Assembly (NCBI RefSeq): GCF_009914755.1
Contig: NC_060931.1
DNA length: 64,000 bases
Source: the human T2T-CHM13v2.0 reference genome, Homo sapiens
Direction: 5' to 3' (one strand)
The position numbers and the translations under genes were made by a program. The notes beneath the pieces were generated by a model. That model worked only from the letters and a program-made list of their open reading frames with translations. It had not been told where the DNA came from and made no database searches. Below are positions 51,031 to 64,000 of this stretch, in pieces (position 1 is the first letter of the stretch; every line of letters starts with the position of its first letter).

Positions 51031-52199
51031 CTCTTTGTTTTAAGGGAGTGGTTCCCTCGTTTTTAGTCCACCTGAAATGTTTTTCTTGAGGGGAGATGTG
51101 GGACCTAGAATTCTATTTAAGAATACTGGAATTTCAGGAATAAATGGTTATTTTCTCTTTGTGCCACCCTCCAACCTTTGGGGACTCTGCTAGGTGCCCC
51201 AGTTTTGCCTAGTCCCCTCGGCCTGGCCCACACATCTGCGCCTACCCTTTCTCCATCAGGTCCCCTGTACTGTGGGAGTGGTAAGAACAAGATTTAACAT
51301 GAAATGAAATCTTTTGATTGTTCTCTAGCACAATTGTATCTATACTGATTCAGTGCAAAACTAGAAAAAGAAAGTTCTAACTTGATTAGGAAAACCATTA
51401 GCCATGTACTACATTACCCTGATAAGGTTCTAGGCAGAAAGACTGAGATTCGCAGCGTTAATGCTTTTCCTACTTCATATTGCTGCAGCCAACATCCACA
51501 GGTGCAATATCTTGTGCTCCAAGCTGCGTCCTGGCAACTGACTTGTTAGTACAAGGCTTTGACTGTCGTTTCCCATTGAAATGAGAGGTTTTCAAGATTT
51601 CTGTCACATCATTAATAACTTCATTCAAAGATCACACATCTTTACTTCAAATAAAGCATTCAACCATGTCGTCAACATGTTGTTGACCCCACTTATAAAC
51701 AGCCTGAGACAGTTCGGCAGAAGTATGAGTGATTGCTTGTCACGTCTCTACTTTCAAAATACTTTCTATATGTTGCTAATTATCTTTCCGCAGCTGCACA
51801 AAGAAGGCATAGAAAAAAGATGCATCCATGTCTTGGAAATAATTTCATAAAATACATGGATATAAGTATATGTCCAAGAGACACATACTTTTTGCATATT
51901 AAATTCTAAAACAAAATGATTAGCTCTAACCTTTCATACAATAGTCCTTAAATGAGAGATTCTATACTATTATCCCAAGGCAATTATTTCACATCTAAAG
52001 GTTAAATTATTTGGTTTTCTTAATTAAATTGATAAAAAAAAACTGAACAGTGATCTGATGGGTTCTGTCAAGTGGTTCAAACCGAAGCTCCAACGCCCTC
52101 TCCACCTTCAGAGAGCAGGATGCAGCGCACGGTACTGGGAAAGTTTCTTTTCTTTGTATAGTCTTTAGCTGGGTTAAACTGTCACTAAAAAATTTACTA

Positions 52200-52506
<307 letters not shown>

Positions 52507-54516
52507 TTACTAAGCAGCTCTTACGGACCTAGCATTTGACCCAGCCCTCCTATTATTAAACTCAGAAAAGTCTCCCTTTTCAGCATGGTAATGACAGACT
52601 GTGAATCACCCACAGTATTTGTTCCGTTCTATCAATTGACTTGTAAGCATCATTTTAAAAATGATAAAAATCTTGAACCAACAGACAGTGTTTAGCAGAG
52701 CTGGTAAGAACAATAGTGGCCCCACCAACATGTGGGGCAAAGAACATGCAAAATAGACAGAAGTGAAAAAGCAAAAATAAACTGAAATATGAAATCAACA
52801 GTAACACCCATCTACAACTTTCTCTTGCTTCTCCATCCTGTATTACCTGGAAAGCCCTTCTGGAGTTTCCCATTTTTTTAGCCTCCTTTCAAAATTTTAG
52901 TTTCAGAGTTTTCTGAGTTTTATAAAAAGTATTTAATCTCAGAAGAAAAAAAAATGCCACTGAATATATACATTTAGATTTGCCAAATGTTGTAATCTGC
53001 TTCTGTTTATCTTGATATTCTTGGGAAGACACTGAATGAGATCATTTTAAAACTTGACCAGTAGAAATATAAATGTGATTCAATTAGATTTTTGTTCCTG
53101 AATGCAGGTTATCTTTGAGTTCATTTACCTGTATTATCTTCACTTTGTGGGGGCAGAGGGTATGGAGAAAGAAAAATGTGACAACCTTGAAATTCAAAGC
53201 TCTGTTTATCTCAAGAACAGTATGTCAGAGTTCTTTCAATGTCCAGAAATTATTTCAGTGTTCTAAAAAAAAATTACTGGAAGTGCAGAAAGCTCATCGT
53301 TGTAAAAATTATTATACCTTTAGTTTGCTTCCTGCAAAAAGGTCAGAGGGCCTAGATCCAATTAATGGTAAAAATCTACTTCAGTCCATGACATAATTTA
53401 GTAGTGACTACATTTTATTATTCCTCCAGTCTGTTGGAGACAAAAGCTACTCCTGCGCTGTGTTATCTAAACCCATTTATAAAGGGACTCATTATATGGT
53501 CTAAATCCCTACAAATAAAACCAAAAAAAATTCTACAGGTTCTCTTAAAATGGAATTTTGTCGTAACAAATAAACTGTTAAAACCACATTCGTGATCTGC
53601 AAGACAAAGTGAGGCAATACACGAATCCCTGGGTTCCTACGGTAAATTAGTAATTAAAATGAAACACTTTGTACCCAGGAGAACAAGAGGGCACCATGCA
53701 AACGTTTCTCCTTCTCTGGGATCTGAGGGCAGCTCTATGTGTGTCTTTGCTGTTGGTAGCTGAGGAGCTGAAGTGAGTTTTCCTGGCTGGAATGGTTGGA
53801 ATTCTTAAAGTGGTAAGAGGCAAAGTCAGGATAGCAGAGTAGAAAAATCACAAAACTCAGCAAAGATCGGTCAGCTCTAAGGCCCTTCCAGCTTATGAAG
53901 TAAACTGCTATACAGAGCTTCTAAGAACGAGGTGTTCTCTGATTAAGATGAAGCATTTTTGCCAAGGATCACCTAACATCAACTGTTGTTCACTGAGCTG
54001 GAGGGACACTGCACTCTACGAAATTTCTCTGCAGTGGTTTCTATGTGATGATGTTTCACCTGAACTGTAGGTCCCAGCGAGACACCCGGGCAAAGACCAA
54101 ATGACTGGCAGGTGTGCTGTGCCAGGAGGGTGGCGACCTGTGGGGCCGCAAGGATGTCTCGGTCCTGACAGTGACGGTCATCATGGCATGCAGATGACAG
54201 CTGCTCATGCACGGGCCCTGGACGGGATGGGCCCCCACAAAAGGCTTCTCAGGATTCTTCCTGTGCTCTCAGCCTTGAACTCAACAGCACTAATGTGGCC
54301 CAACAGAAAAGCCACTTCCCAGGCCACAGTTCAGCGGACTAGCAGGGATGGCTGGGGCCGGGCCCGCCCAGTCTCTCCATCCGGGTCAACAGAAACCCCG
54401 CCTCCACGAGCCCAGCTCAGCTCCCCTCATCCGCGGCTGCCCTCCGGCGGCCTCCAGTGTCCTCAGACACCCTCCCTCATCTCCCCACACTTGCCGCTCC
54501 AGCCATCCTGCCCACT

Positions 54517-54933
54517 TTCTATAGTTTGGATGTGTGTCTCTGCCAAACCTCACATTGAAATGCTATCTCCAGTGTTGGAGGTGGGGCCTGGTGGGAGGTG
54601 ACTGGATCACAGGGGTGGTTTCTCATGAGTGGTTTAGCACCGTCCCCGGTGCTGTTCTCGTGATAGTGAGGGAGCTCTCACGAGATCTGGTCGTTTGAAC
54701 GTGTGTGGCAGCTCCCCGCTCTCCTGCTCCTGCTCCCGCCATTAAGACCCGCCTGCTTCCCCTTCACCTTCTGCCATGATGATGTTTCCTGAGGCCTCCC
54801 CAGAAGCCCAGCAGATGCCTGCACCATGCTTCCTGTGCAGCCTACAGAGTCATGAGCCAATTAAACCTCTTTTCTTTCTAAATTACCCAACCTCAGGTAT
54901 TTCTTTATAGCAGTGCGGAAACGGCCTAACTCG
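54517..54933 (+). mobile_element. MaLR solo LTR (MSTB/MSTA-like)
   Basis: CTATAGTTTGGATGTGTGTC...GTGTTGGAGGTGGGGCCTGGTGGGAGGTG...CAGGTATTTCTTTATAGCAGTGCGGAAACGGCCTAA; CCCAC on both flanks. Confidence 0.92.
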
Positions 54934-56149
54934 CCCCACTTACTGTGGACTCACTGCCTTGGACGGCTCGGCCTAGTCTTCGTCTTTATCCTGTTTTCTA
55001 CAGTTCTCCGCATGGAGTTGACAGTAAGCAAGCCTCCAGGTCGCCGGAATCAAAGACCGAAACCCTTCATCCTGAGGGCTGCAGGATCATGTAGTTGAGA
55101 TGGAGAACAGTTCAGCACAATGTTCCTTTGAGACTCACCGCTAACACCGAAAGTAAGTGGTTGAGGACAGAGCCAGGCAGTGAGAATACAAGGAATGTCT
55201 GGAACCCGTAGCAGTGCCTCTCTGGGCCTCCCCTGCATGTTGAGGAAGACAACAACGCAAGCACCAGCAGCAGAAAATGAGAAAATTGCTTCACAGCACA
55301 GGGCCCTTCCTTTCTTCTCTCCTTTGCCTCTGCCCTTTGCTGAGAAAAAGCCTCTTCAGCAATCACTCATTGCTTCCCAGCCCGTAGAGCAAGGACAGGC
55401 TACTTGGCTCTCTCCGTCAGAAGCTTTAAAACAAGAACCAAATCCTGAAAGGCCTGAGAAGAAGGAAAAAGCAGAAAAAAAGCTGAAAGCTGACGTGGAA
55501 TCCCGGTTCCAGGAGCCGCTCTCATTCTGCCAGGCCGGGATGCAGTATGAGCCTCTTTCCATCTGATTTGTCTTTTGTTCCAGTACCTGGCCTATTAAGT
55601 GCTTGTGAATGAAGAGAACTGATATTCACTAAATTCCTACTATGTGCCGAGGACTACTCCACGTTCTTTCCATAGCTCATCTTTACCAGTTAGCTCATCT
55701 TTACCAGTGGAGGTGAAGAGATGAGGACGCCCAAGGTCAGAAAGCTTGCAGGTGGCTCAGGTTGGCAAGGTTTATAAGCGTGGGGATTGCAGTAGAAGAC
55801 CTAGCCCGGTACAAGCTTAGAACACACTTCATCAATACTCATCGAATGCTTGAGTCAATACATGTCAAATAATAGAACAAAGGACTTAGTTCTGTTCCCA
55901 TACTAGGAGAAACATGGGCCTTTATTGCACCTCAATAGGGAGGGGGTAGGAGGGACCAGATATGCATGCTTGAGGCTTTGTGGTGGTGAAGACGTGGCCC
56001 CTTCATGAGCAGAGTTAACATGCAGGTGCACTAACATAATACTCCCCCACTGTGGAGACCGTTACGACACATGCCTATGTTCCTTATTCTTGAGGATTTT
56101 AAACCTTCGGAAAGACAAACCCATGGGGACATTACGTGCTCATTCACGT

Positions 56150-56375
56150 CCCTGCCCTGTTTCCAAAAGATCATCATGTTCTGCAGATTCTACTTCCAAA
56201 ATGTCTTTGAACCTGGCCCACCCAGGGGAACTCCCTTCCTCTGATTCCACTGGTCAGAGCCTCTCACAAATGAACTCATCTCTCCTCACTTATTACTGAC
56301 TACGATATCCCCATTGCCCGGTACAATGCCTGACACACAATAGGTGCTCATTAAACGTCTTTGGATGAGTGATTG
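56150..56375 (+). mobile_element. L2 3' fragment
   Basis: ACAATGCCTGACACACAATAGGTGCTCATTAAAC...GATGAGTGA. Confidence 0.6.
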
Positions 56376-57450
56376 AGGGAGCGAAGCCATCTCCTGGTCC
56401 TGCGTGCTTTGCCTGTCATTCCATCCTCCTCGCCGCTGCAGAGTCCTCTTTCTAAAGCACTCATCTGTCTTGAGAACGGAGGGCTGAGAAATATTCTTCC
56501 CTGAGAAAGAAAAGACACTGCTTAATCTCAAAATATATGTTCAGCAAGAGGAATATTTTTGTAAAAATAAAGGATAAGCTGAAAGAATGTAAGCAGAAGC
56601 TGTAATTTCAGCAGTGGCATTTACCCCGTTTGTTTTAAGCATTGGCAGTGTATATTACCCTGCATTAGCCGCAAGGATAAACAGTGTTTTCAGATTCAAA
56701 TATGTCAATTACAACATTCCTGGATATTCGGAGGTCTTTTCCTGTTCTATTTCTTACGCTGTTCCTCTCAGAGTTCAAATCAAACCTCCAAAAACTATTT
56801 TTTTTTGTTCATTGTGAGCTCAGCGTGGCTAATCTTAATTTTACTACTCTTGTGAAAACATCCAAAACCAAATTTGCCTTGGTAAGAAAAATTCATCATA
56901 CAAAATGTCATATGTTTTTATTATCTGTTCACATAAAAACAGTATTAGTAAGGTTAGAGGTAAAAAAGTAAATGTAAATCTTAAACATAGTTTCTGAACT
57001 GCCTTGTCACTGAGAGTTAAAAATCCTCTAGCAACCTAACCCTTTGCATCTGACATTATTTTTTGTGACTATTCCTCTAGTGAAATAAGTCACTGACACT
57101 TTAGTGTAAGTTACTCCTAGTAAATCACTTTTACACAGGTTAAAGGGAAGCACAACAGAAAAACTGTAAGGAAGGTGGTGCAGATATCCAGATTTTGCCC
57201 AGGACAGCCTAAGCAGAAAGCTGCTTCCCTCACTTCCCTCCAAAGTCAAGAATTGAGAGGGAAGATGGCCTTCCAATTCCAGCCACTGATGAGAATAAAT
57301 TCCGGAAAAACATATTAAACATAGCGTTTGACGCTTCTATCCACAGCTGGAAACATTACACAAATTTTAGTGAGCCCCGAATGCCAGCAGCCATAATTCC
57401 CAAATTCTTTTTTAAAATAATGAACTAATCCAGGTGAAGGACCTGCGGCT

Positions 57451-57469
57451 TGGCGCCATCTGGTGCCTG
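57451..57469 (-). promoter_or_regulatory. Candidate CTCF binding site
   Basis: Minus strand reads GGCACCAGATGGCGCCA, one mismatch from the CTCF core CCASYAGRKGGCRS. Confidence 0.45.
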
Positions 57470-58739
57470 CACAGAGAAAGAACGTTCCATCGAGGCTGCA
57501 GTGCTGAGTCCCTTTGTTAGTCCAAGTGGGGAACACTTTTTAAAAACACAACCGTTGTCTTTCATCACAGTAAATCCTAAAGTGCTACTAACAACAAACT
57601 CAATCTGAAAATAAACTTGAAAATTATTTATAGTTTTTCCAACAATGATCTTATTTTGAGAGAGAATACATTAAGTTCTGCTAATACCAACCCTGGGCTC
57701 TTACAACATAGTGACTGTGCATATGTTTTTTTAAATGATAAAAGCATTTTCCACAGGGGGATGCCAGTGAACTTTCTTTATCATTGAAGTGTACAGCACA
57801 AATGAGAACTTTTTCAAACACTGTTCCTAAGGCAACAAGATGCTACTTCCTAAAAGATATATTTAAGGGGCTAAATCTAAAGTTGATTTGAAAATTGGAA
57901 AAAAAAAATGAAAATGTTGATTATCCAAAATAATTAGGGAAATAAAACTGCAAAGATCTCAGAGTAGAATATTTTTACTTCTCAAAATATGGGCCTCGTT
58001 TCCTAGTTGTATCTGCCTGCAAAGGAACGGAACTAAAAGGCCAAAGCTCAGGGTCAACCCGGCTTCCTCAGCCCTGGTTGGATACATTCATCTGCATGCT
58101 CAGAACCAAGCTGACACCCATGAATGGAGATGAGTCACTGCGTTTACAAAGTTGTGGTTAAACATAGAAGGGTTTACTTCGCTTGTTTCATCCTTGCTTC
58201 TAATTTCTTCTTGACTTCAGTTCATCGTACAGACAGCCACTGAGTTAACTCTTCTCCAAGCAGTAGTTGGCTTCTGGGATGATGCTGACCCACCATCTTA
58301 TTTCATCAGTTTTCTCCATGGTTCACCCCATATTCTTCCACACAAACTCAGTATTTCAGCCCGACTGGCACAGGAGGTGGCTTCCAAATACATCATAAAC
58401 CTTCTCACCTGGTATTCTTCCTTTCTAGAATATTCTCTCCCTTCCTCTCTCATTACCTAAAGCCTCCAGGCTCCCGTTCAAGTCCCATTGTTTCCCTAAA
58501 CACTTTCTGCAGGGGCTCCAAGTTGTGATCTCTCCACGTTCCTTGGTGCGGATAGTAGATTCTACACATTCATTTGGGAATTTCTGTACAGAATTGACAT
58601 TTTTATTTTTATTTTTGAATTACACATTATTTTCCCAGCTAGACCATGAGATCATTCAATTTAGGAGCTATTTTATAGGTTTGGACACTAAACATTTTAC
58701 AGTGTCCAATGATGATAACTAGTACTTGTTGGCAGTTGT

Positions 58740-58910
58740 TACATAATTGCTATGTTTTAAGTGATTTATCTAAAAACTCTTTAAGGTAGACGCTATTATT
58801 CCCTTCACTTTAAAGATGAGGAAACTGAGCAAAAAAGGTAAAGCCATTGAGCGGGAACATGATGGAGCTGGAATCCCACCCAGCTCTGCCTGCTCTGCAA
58901 CCCACGTCTG
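58740..58910 (-). mobile_element. MIR SINE
   Basis: CTATTATTCCCTTCACTTTAAAGATGAGGAAACTGAG...GGAGCTGGAATC. Confidence 0.8.
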
Positions 58911-59169
58911 CATGGCCATGTGAACCTACACCTCAGCACAGGCTCGAGGAGACGGCAATCAGTGACAGACAGCAGGCTTGTGCATGTTTAACTGAGAAGG
59001 CTGAGAGCAGCCAATGCTAATGAACACTTCAAGTCCACCACATCCTCCAGCCACAGCCATGCAGCCACACACCACACACTACTACCACTGTCCACACTCA
59101 ATCCCTGCGGCTCACCACACACGGAGGGGGGTGCTGGCATGAAGGAGGAAGCATGTCAGGCTTCTCAGC

Positions 59170-59310
59170 CTCACGTCACCCACTGGCCAGGTGCTAACCT
59201 CAGATGACTGACTCCACCTCTCTGACCCTTGGCTTTCTCGTTCCTATAATGGAGCCAATCATGCACTCTGTGCAGGGTTGCTATGAGGGTTACAAGAAAC
59301 CCATACAAGG
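59170..59310 (+). mobile_element. MIR SINE
   Basis: CTCTCTGACCCTTGGCTTTCTCGTTCCTATAATGG...CAGGGTTGCTATGAGG. Confidence 0.6.
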
Positions 59311-59539
59311 AACGTCAGAAGCAATGTCCCCAAGGCAGCTGGTCACTGGCAGTTATCTGTTAGTCTGTACAACAGGTCTGGCATCTCCCTTGAGCTATAA
59401 ACCAACCATAGACTGCAGTCCCACGTCTACAGGATGGATGGCCCACAGGCTCATCCCCACCACTCCCCATGCTCCTGCCACACTGAGCTCCGTCGCTTGA
59501 CAACCTCAGAGCTGCTTACTGCCCCAGGAATAACAAACC

Positions 59540-59880
59540 TAATTCTTTCAGGACGTGGCCTGGCCCATTTCCCTTGCTTCCCACGTGCAATGTGCCTTTC
59601 TGGAATGCCTGTCCACTTGGCAGACTCCTACTCATCTGGATGACTCAGCCCAAAGCCAGCTCCTCCCAGGAGTGTCCTCAAGTCCCTAAACAGGGCCAGC
59701 CCTGCCTCCACCCCACCCCCCCATGCTCAAGCAGCTCCTTCCTCCATTTTGATCTTATTTCATGCCTGATCAACCTCATTGATGTGTCCTGAGCCCTGGG
59801 CTGCAGGCTCTTGAGGGCAGAGTTCGCATGCTTGCCTGGTACAAGGTGCTCAGTAAACGCTGATGGAATGAATGCACAAA
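59540..59880 (+). mobile_element. L2 3' end
   Basis: CTGCAGGCTCTTGAGGGCAG...GTGCTCAGTAAACGCTGATGGAATGAATG. Confidence 0.65.
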
Positions 59881-60699
59881 TGCACAAGCAGATGAGAGAG
59901 AAGGAAAGAAAACAACAAGAAGAGATGGAGACCAGGAGAGGCCGTGAGAAGGGAAGAAGGAAGAACAGGAAGGGAAGGGCACGTGGCCTAGGACCTGAAG
60001 ACAGCAAGTGGGCACACTGCCATCCCCCCAACTTATAGGGTCCACATGGGAGACACCCATGCTTTGTGTCCTCAGGGTCCCATCAATGCCCTACTCAGGC
60101 AGAGGAGAATCCCAAATCCCACCTTCCTTCTCCTCCAAAAGAAACCACTCTGTGTCCATCTCTCATGGTGCCAGATTCCACTAGAGGAGGTGGGAAGAGT
60201 GGTTAATGAGTTTGAATCCAACATGGCTTTGAGAGCACCAAAAATCCACACCAGGTTTTTCTCTCTGCAAAGCCCTCTGTCTCCTCCAAGCAACCAGCTT
60301 ACAACTTCCCCAGTGAGCGAGTCATGGAGCCAAAGTCAATCCATTTCTATCTCCAACCCCTGCCCACAGCACGTCCCTGCATGGGGAAAAGCACGGACAA
60401 CAGGAAGGTTTAGCATGGGTATTACAAAAAGGGCTTCAGAAAATTATATTGAGAGGCTTTGCAGTCTTCAACTACCTATAAGTCCACCTCATTTTTAACT
60501 TTGGGGGGCATCATCCATGTTTCTGTATGATTTTTAAAGCTTCGTCCAGCAGTAGGTTCATGATCAGGCAGCCTCTCTCAGGTCCCAAGAACACCGTGGG
60601 GAAGTGCACAGGGCTCCCAGCCCAGAATCCCTGTCTGTGACCACAAGGGTTTGCTTTCCTTTGTGAAATGTATGTCACTCTCCTTCTCAAGAAACTTCA

Positions 60700-61972
60700 G
60701 CAGGGGAAAGCTCAAAGCTTTTCCTCTAAGATCAGAAACAAGACAAGGATGTCCACGCTCACCACTTCTACTCAGTGTAGTACTGGAAATCCTAGCCAAA
60801 GCAATTAGGCAAGAGAAAGAAAGAAAAGACATTCAAATTGGAAGGGAAGAAGTTAAATTATTGTTGTTAGCAGACAACATGATCATATCTATGGAAAACC
60901 CTAAAGACTCCATCAAAAAACTATTAGAACTAATAAATGAATTCAGTAAAGTTTCAGGATACAAAATCAACATACAAACATCAGGAGCCTTTTTGTACAC
61001 TAATAGGGAAATATTGGAAAAAGCAATGAGGAAAACAACACCATTTACAATAGCTACAAAAAATAAAATAATTAGAAATAAATTTAACCAAGGAGGTGTA
61101 ATATCTCTACACTGAAAACTATAAAACATTGATGAAAGACACTAAAAAGGAAATAAAAAGATATTCATGTTCATGGATTGGAAGAATAATATTGTTAAAA
61201 TATCCGTATGACCCAAAAGTGATCTACAGATTCAATATAATCCCCATCAAAATATCAACGATATTCTTCACAGAAATAGAAAATATATAATTTATATGGA
61301 ACCACAAAAGAACAGCCAACGTTATCCTGAGCAAAAAGAGCAAAGCTGGAGGCATCACATTACCTGACTTCAAAATATACTACACAGCTATAGTAATTAA
61401 AAGAGCATGGTGCTAGCACAAAAACAGACACACAGACAAATAGAACAGAATAGAAAGCCTAGAAATAAATCTGTGTGTTTATAGCCAGGTGATATTTAGC
61501 AAACATGCCAAGAACACCCAATGGAGAGAGGAGAGTCTCTTCAAAAAATGATATTGGGAAAACTGGATAGCCACATGCAGAAGAATAAAACTAGATCCTT
61601 GTCTCCCACCATGTGAAAAACCTACTTAAAATGGATTAAAGATTTAACTGTAAGACCCAAAACTATGAAACTACTGGAAGGAAACACAGGGGGAAACTCC
61701 AAGGCATGGGCGTCTGCAGTGATTTCTTGGATATGACCTCAAAGCACATGCAACAAAAGCGAACACAGACAAATCGGAATGCATCAAACTAAAAAGCTTC
61801 CGTACAGCAAAAGAAACAATCGACAGAGTGAAGAGACAACTTAAGAATGGGAGAAAATATTGCAAAACTGTGCATCTGATAAAGGGTTAGTCCCCAAAAT
61901 ACATAAGGAACTCAAACAACCTAATAGTAAGAAAACAACCCAATTTTTAAAAATGGACAAAAGATCTGAAAA
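60700..61972 (+). mobile_element. L1 ORF2 internal fragment (L1MA-like), RT domain and downstream
   Basis: ORF 60651..61115: [16 protein letters not shown]...[13 protein letters not shown]...LADNMI...[18 protein letters not shown] (L1 RT; FADD motif degraded to LADN). Confidence 0.95.
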
Positions 61973-62164
61973 GATCCATCTTTGGATCCCATGTTGTCCA
62001 AGCCTGAATTCTTGAGAAAATTCTTTTCTGTGAGGGACGAGCCAGGAGGACTGAGATGGAAGTGAGGATAAAGGAGGTAACAAAGTTGTGTTTGATAGTG
62101 ACGCTTCGGACGACGGCCTCAGAGATTCTCCGAATGGCAGGGTGGGAAGGCTATAATGGTCCTA

Positions 62165-62280
62165 AACTACTTCTTCATGTCCCAGTAAAGAAACTGAGGC
62201 ACAGGGAGTCCAGTGGCTCACCCAGGAACCCCAGGTCAGGGCCTTGGACCAGGGCTTGGTAGCTCTGCCTCTGCTGACCC
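62165..62280 (-). mobile_element. MIR SINE
   Basis: AAGAAACTGAGGCACAGGG...CTCACCCAGG. Confidence 0.65.
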
Positions 62281-62689
62281 TGGAGGCAGTGACTTCAGGA
62301 GGTGAGGAAGCCCTGGGTGCTGCCCAGCCCGAGGCAGGCCTCCTGGGTCAGACGTTCCTGCTGCCTGAGGTCCGTTCATCCCAGCCACCCTCCCCAGCTG
62401 CCGGCTCCCCTTGCCTTGCAATTCACATGCCAGCCTCGGGGCTGCCAGCCGAGCTCATCCTTGTGTCCTCCAGCACCCACCACGTCCTCCCTGCCCGCTG
62501 CGGGCCTTGGCACCTTTGCCAGGGCTGCCCCCACCCCCAGCCCCAGCTGTCTCGGAGGTGTCAGAGCCTGAGAGTCACCCCCAAGAGCAGCCCTCTCTGA
62601 CCCACCAGGCAGGCCATGCGACTGCCTATGTGCTCCTACAGAGGCCTGTGCCCCACCCCGGTCCACAGCTGACCTGTGTGCTGCACACT

Positions 62690-62840
62690 CACCTCCTTGC
62701 TTATCTGTGTGACTCCGGTTGGAGGGCTTTCTCCTCACTAGGCTGTCAATTCTGAGGGCATGAACCGAGCCTATCTTGTTTCTGCATCCCTGTGGGGCCC
62801 AGCAGGGCCCAGCACCCAACAAATGTGTGTTGAATTGGGC
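62690..62840 (+). mobile_element. L2 3' fragment
   Basis: CACTAGGCTGTCAATTCTGAGGGCA...CAACAAATGTGTGTTGAAT. Confidence 0.6.
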
Positions 62841-63029
62841 CCCCTGAGCCGAGGGTGTGGATTAAACGACCCCCACAGAGCCCTTCTAGCCAAAAGGTCT
62901 GCCATCTCAGGGGTGTGTGTGTTGACAGAGAGAGGGAGGGAAATCAATTTAAAGTGAGAGAGAGAAAAAAAAATGCTGCATCTACAGTTCTTATTTATTT
63001 TTCCATTCCAATTTTATGTAATTCACAAT

Positions 63030-63250
63030 AAAAAGATGCTCAATGTCATTACTCATTAGGAAAATGCAAATCAAAACCACAGTAAGATAGCACCTCACAC
63101 CCACTAGGATGCTATAATCAAAAACTGGGAAAGAAGTGTCGGTGAGGACGTGGAGAATGGAGGTCCTCACACAGTGCAGCAGGAATGCAGAGTGGTACAG
63201 CTGCTATGGAGAATAGCTTGTTCCCCACAAGTTAAGCATGGAATTACTGA
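63030..63250 (+). mobile_element. L1MB-type ORF2 3' fragment
   Basis: AAAAGATGCTCAA...GGAAAATGCAAATCAAAACCACA...CACCCACTAGGATGGCTATAATCAAAA. Confidence 0.85.
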
Positions 63251-64000
63251 TTGGTGGTATCGTTGGATATTCACTGGAATATAATACTCGCCATCATGAC
63301 TGCTACTGTTGTTTTACTCAATAGTTATGAAAAGAGGGAAAAAACAAAGCTTTATAAATTAAATCTATTATATCAACCCTTGAAGGAACACTGTAGTAAA
63401 TTATTTTATAATTGTTCTATAATTCACCCTGTAATTTATTGATCTATAATTCTTTTGGGAGAGGCAGACCTGTATCATTAGCACTGTAACATCAGTTAAC
63501 ACTTCCCTTAAAGCAAAGGATGTAGCAATATCCCCCAAATTAAGTAATAACGTGCAGCTCTTACTGACAGTGTTTTAAATGACACTCTCTTGGGCAAGTA
63601 GAGGCATAATGGCTGGGCTAGTGAAACAAGAAAAAGAAAGAGGAGGGGAGAGAGAGAGAAGGAGATGAAGACAGAGGGAGGAAAGAAGGAAGAGAGAGAG
63701 AAGGGGGAGGTTGGGGTGGGGATAGTTATCTTGAACACTTGAAGCGTGTGGTCAGACACTCAGCCCTTTCAGTGTCACAATGATGAGTGTGTAAGAGTGT
63801 GCGTGTGTGTGTATGTTTAGATGGCTAGGGAATGCGATTCTGAAAGTTTCCAGAGATAGAGAATTGCTCAAAAGGGAATCCCAAACCCAAGTAACAGCCA
63901 ATAAGCTCCATTCCAGGACACATGAGGTTCTAAGAAGGGTGAAGGAGAATTGAGTTGTACTTTACCCGGTTCACTTTCTGGCAAGTGCTTCTTCCAAATA

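Noticed and set aside
51660-51690. p53-like paired CATG half-sites
   Set aside because: Several mismatches to RRRCWWGYYY in both halves.
55180-55566. 128-aa ORF with a K/E-rich segment (PEKKEKAEKKLK)
   Set aside because: The segment is a purine run (a pyrimidine tract ending in CAG at 55454 on the minus strand). It matches no protein I recognise.
60651-61115. 154-aa reverse transcriptase ORF as a functional gene
   Set aside because: A dead L1 ORF2 fragment: catalytic motif degraded (LADN), frameshifted and truncated at both ends.
61972-63030. Two near-collinear L1 pieces as one element split by a 1-kb insertion
   Set aside because: The intervening DNA contains older MIR and L2, and the pieces look like different subfamilies (MA versus MB); independent insertions are simpler.

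Overview
This is primate (human-like) non-coding genomic DNA, intronic or intergenic, shown by the Alu, L1, MaLR and MIR/L2 content. I cannot identify the locus or support any host protein-coding exon. The long ORFs in the track come from repeats: L1 ORF2, L2/CR1 reverse-transcriptase remnants, antisense Alu, or low-complexity DNA. The window holds 6 Alus, several L1 pieces, 5 MaLR solo LTRs plus an MLT2 fragment, at least 3 CR1/L3 remnants, many L2/MIR fragments, four minisatellites (56, 24, 51 and 40 bp units) and a 0.9-kb (GGT/GAT)n tract. I found no convincing new biological system. The most interesting signals are: (i) a ~105-bp piece of local DNA copied 4.6 kb away, flanked by a 21-bp target-site duplication and lacking poly(A); (ii) a 40-bp repeat built from paired CCAAT boxes; (iii) a CpG-retaining, ETS-motif region at 50.1-51.0 kb with clustered minus-strand splice signals; (iv) an L1 deletion junction bridged by a ~20-nt inverted L1 segment; (v) a readable ancient CR1 ORF2 remnant. 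Subfamily names are from recalled consensus sequences, and boundaries of old elements are approximate.
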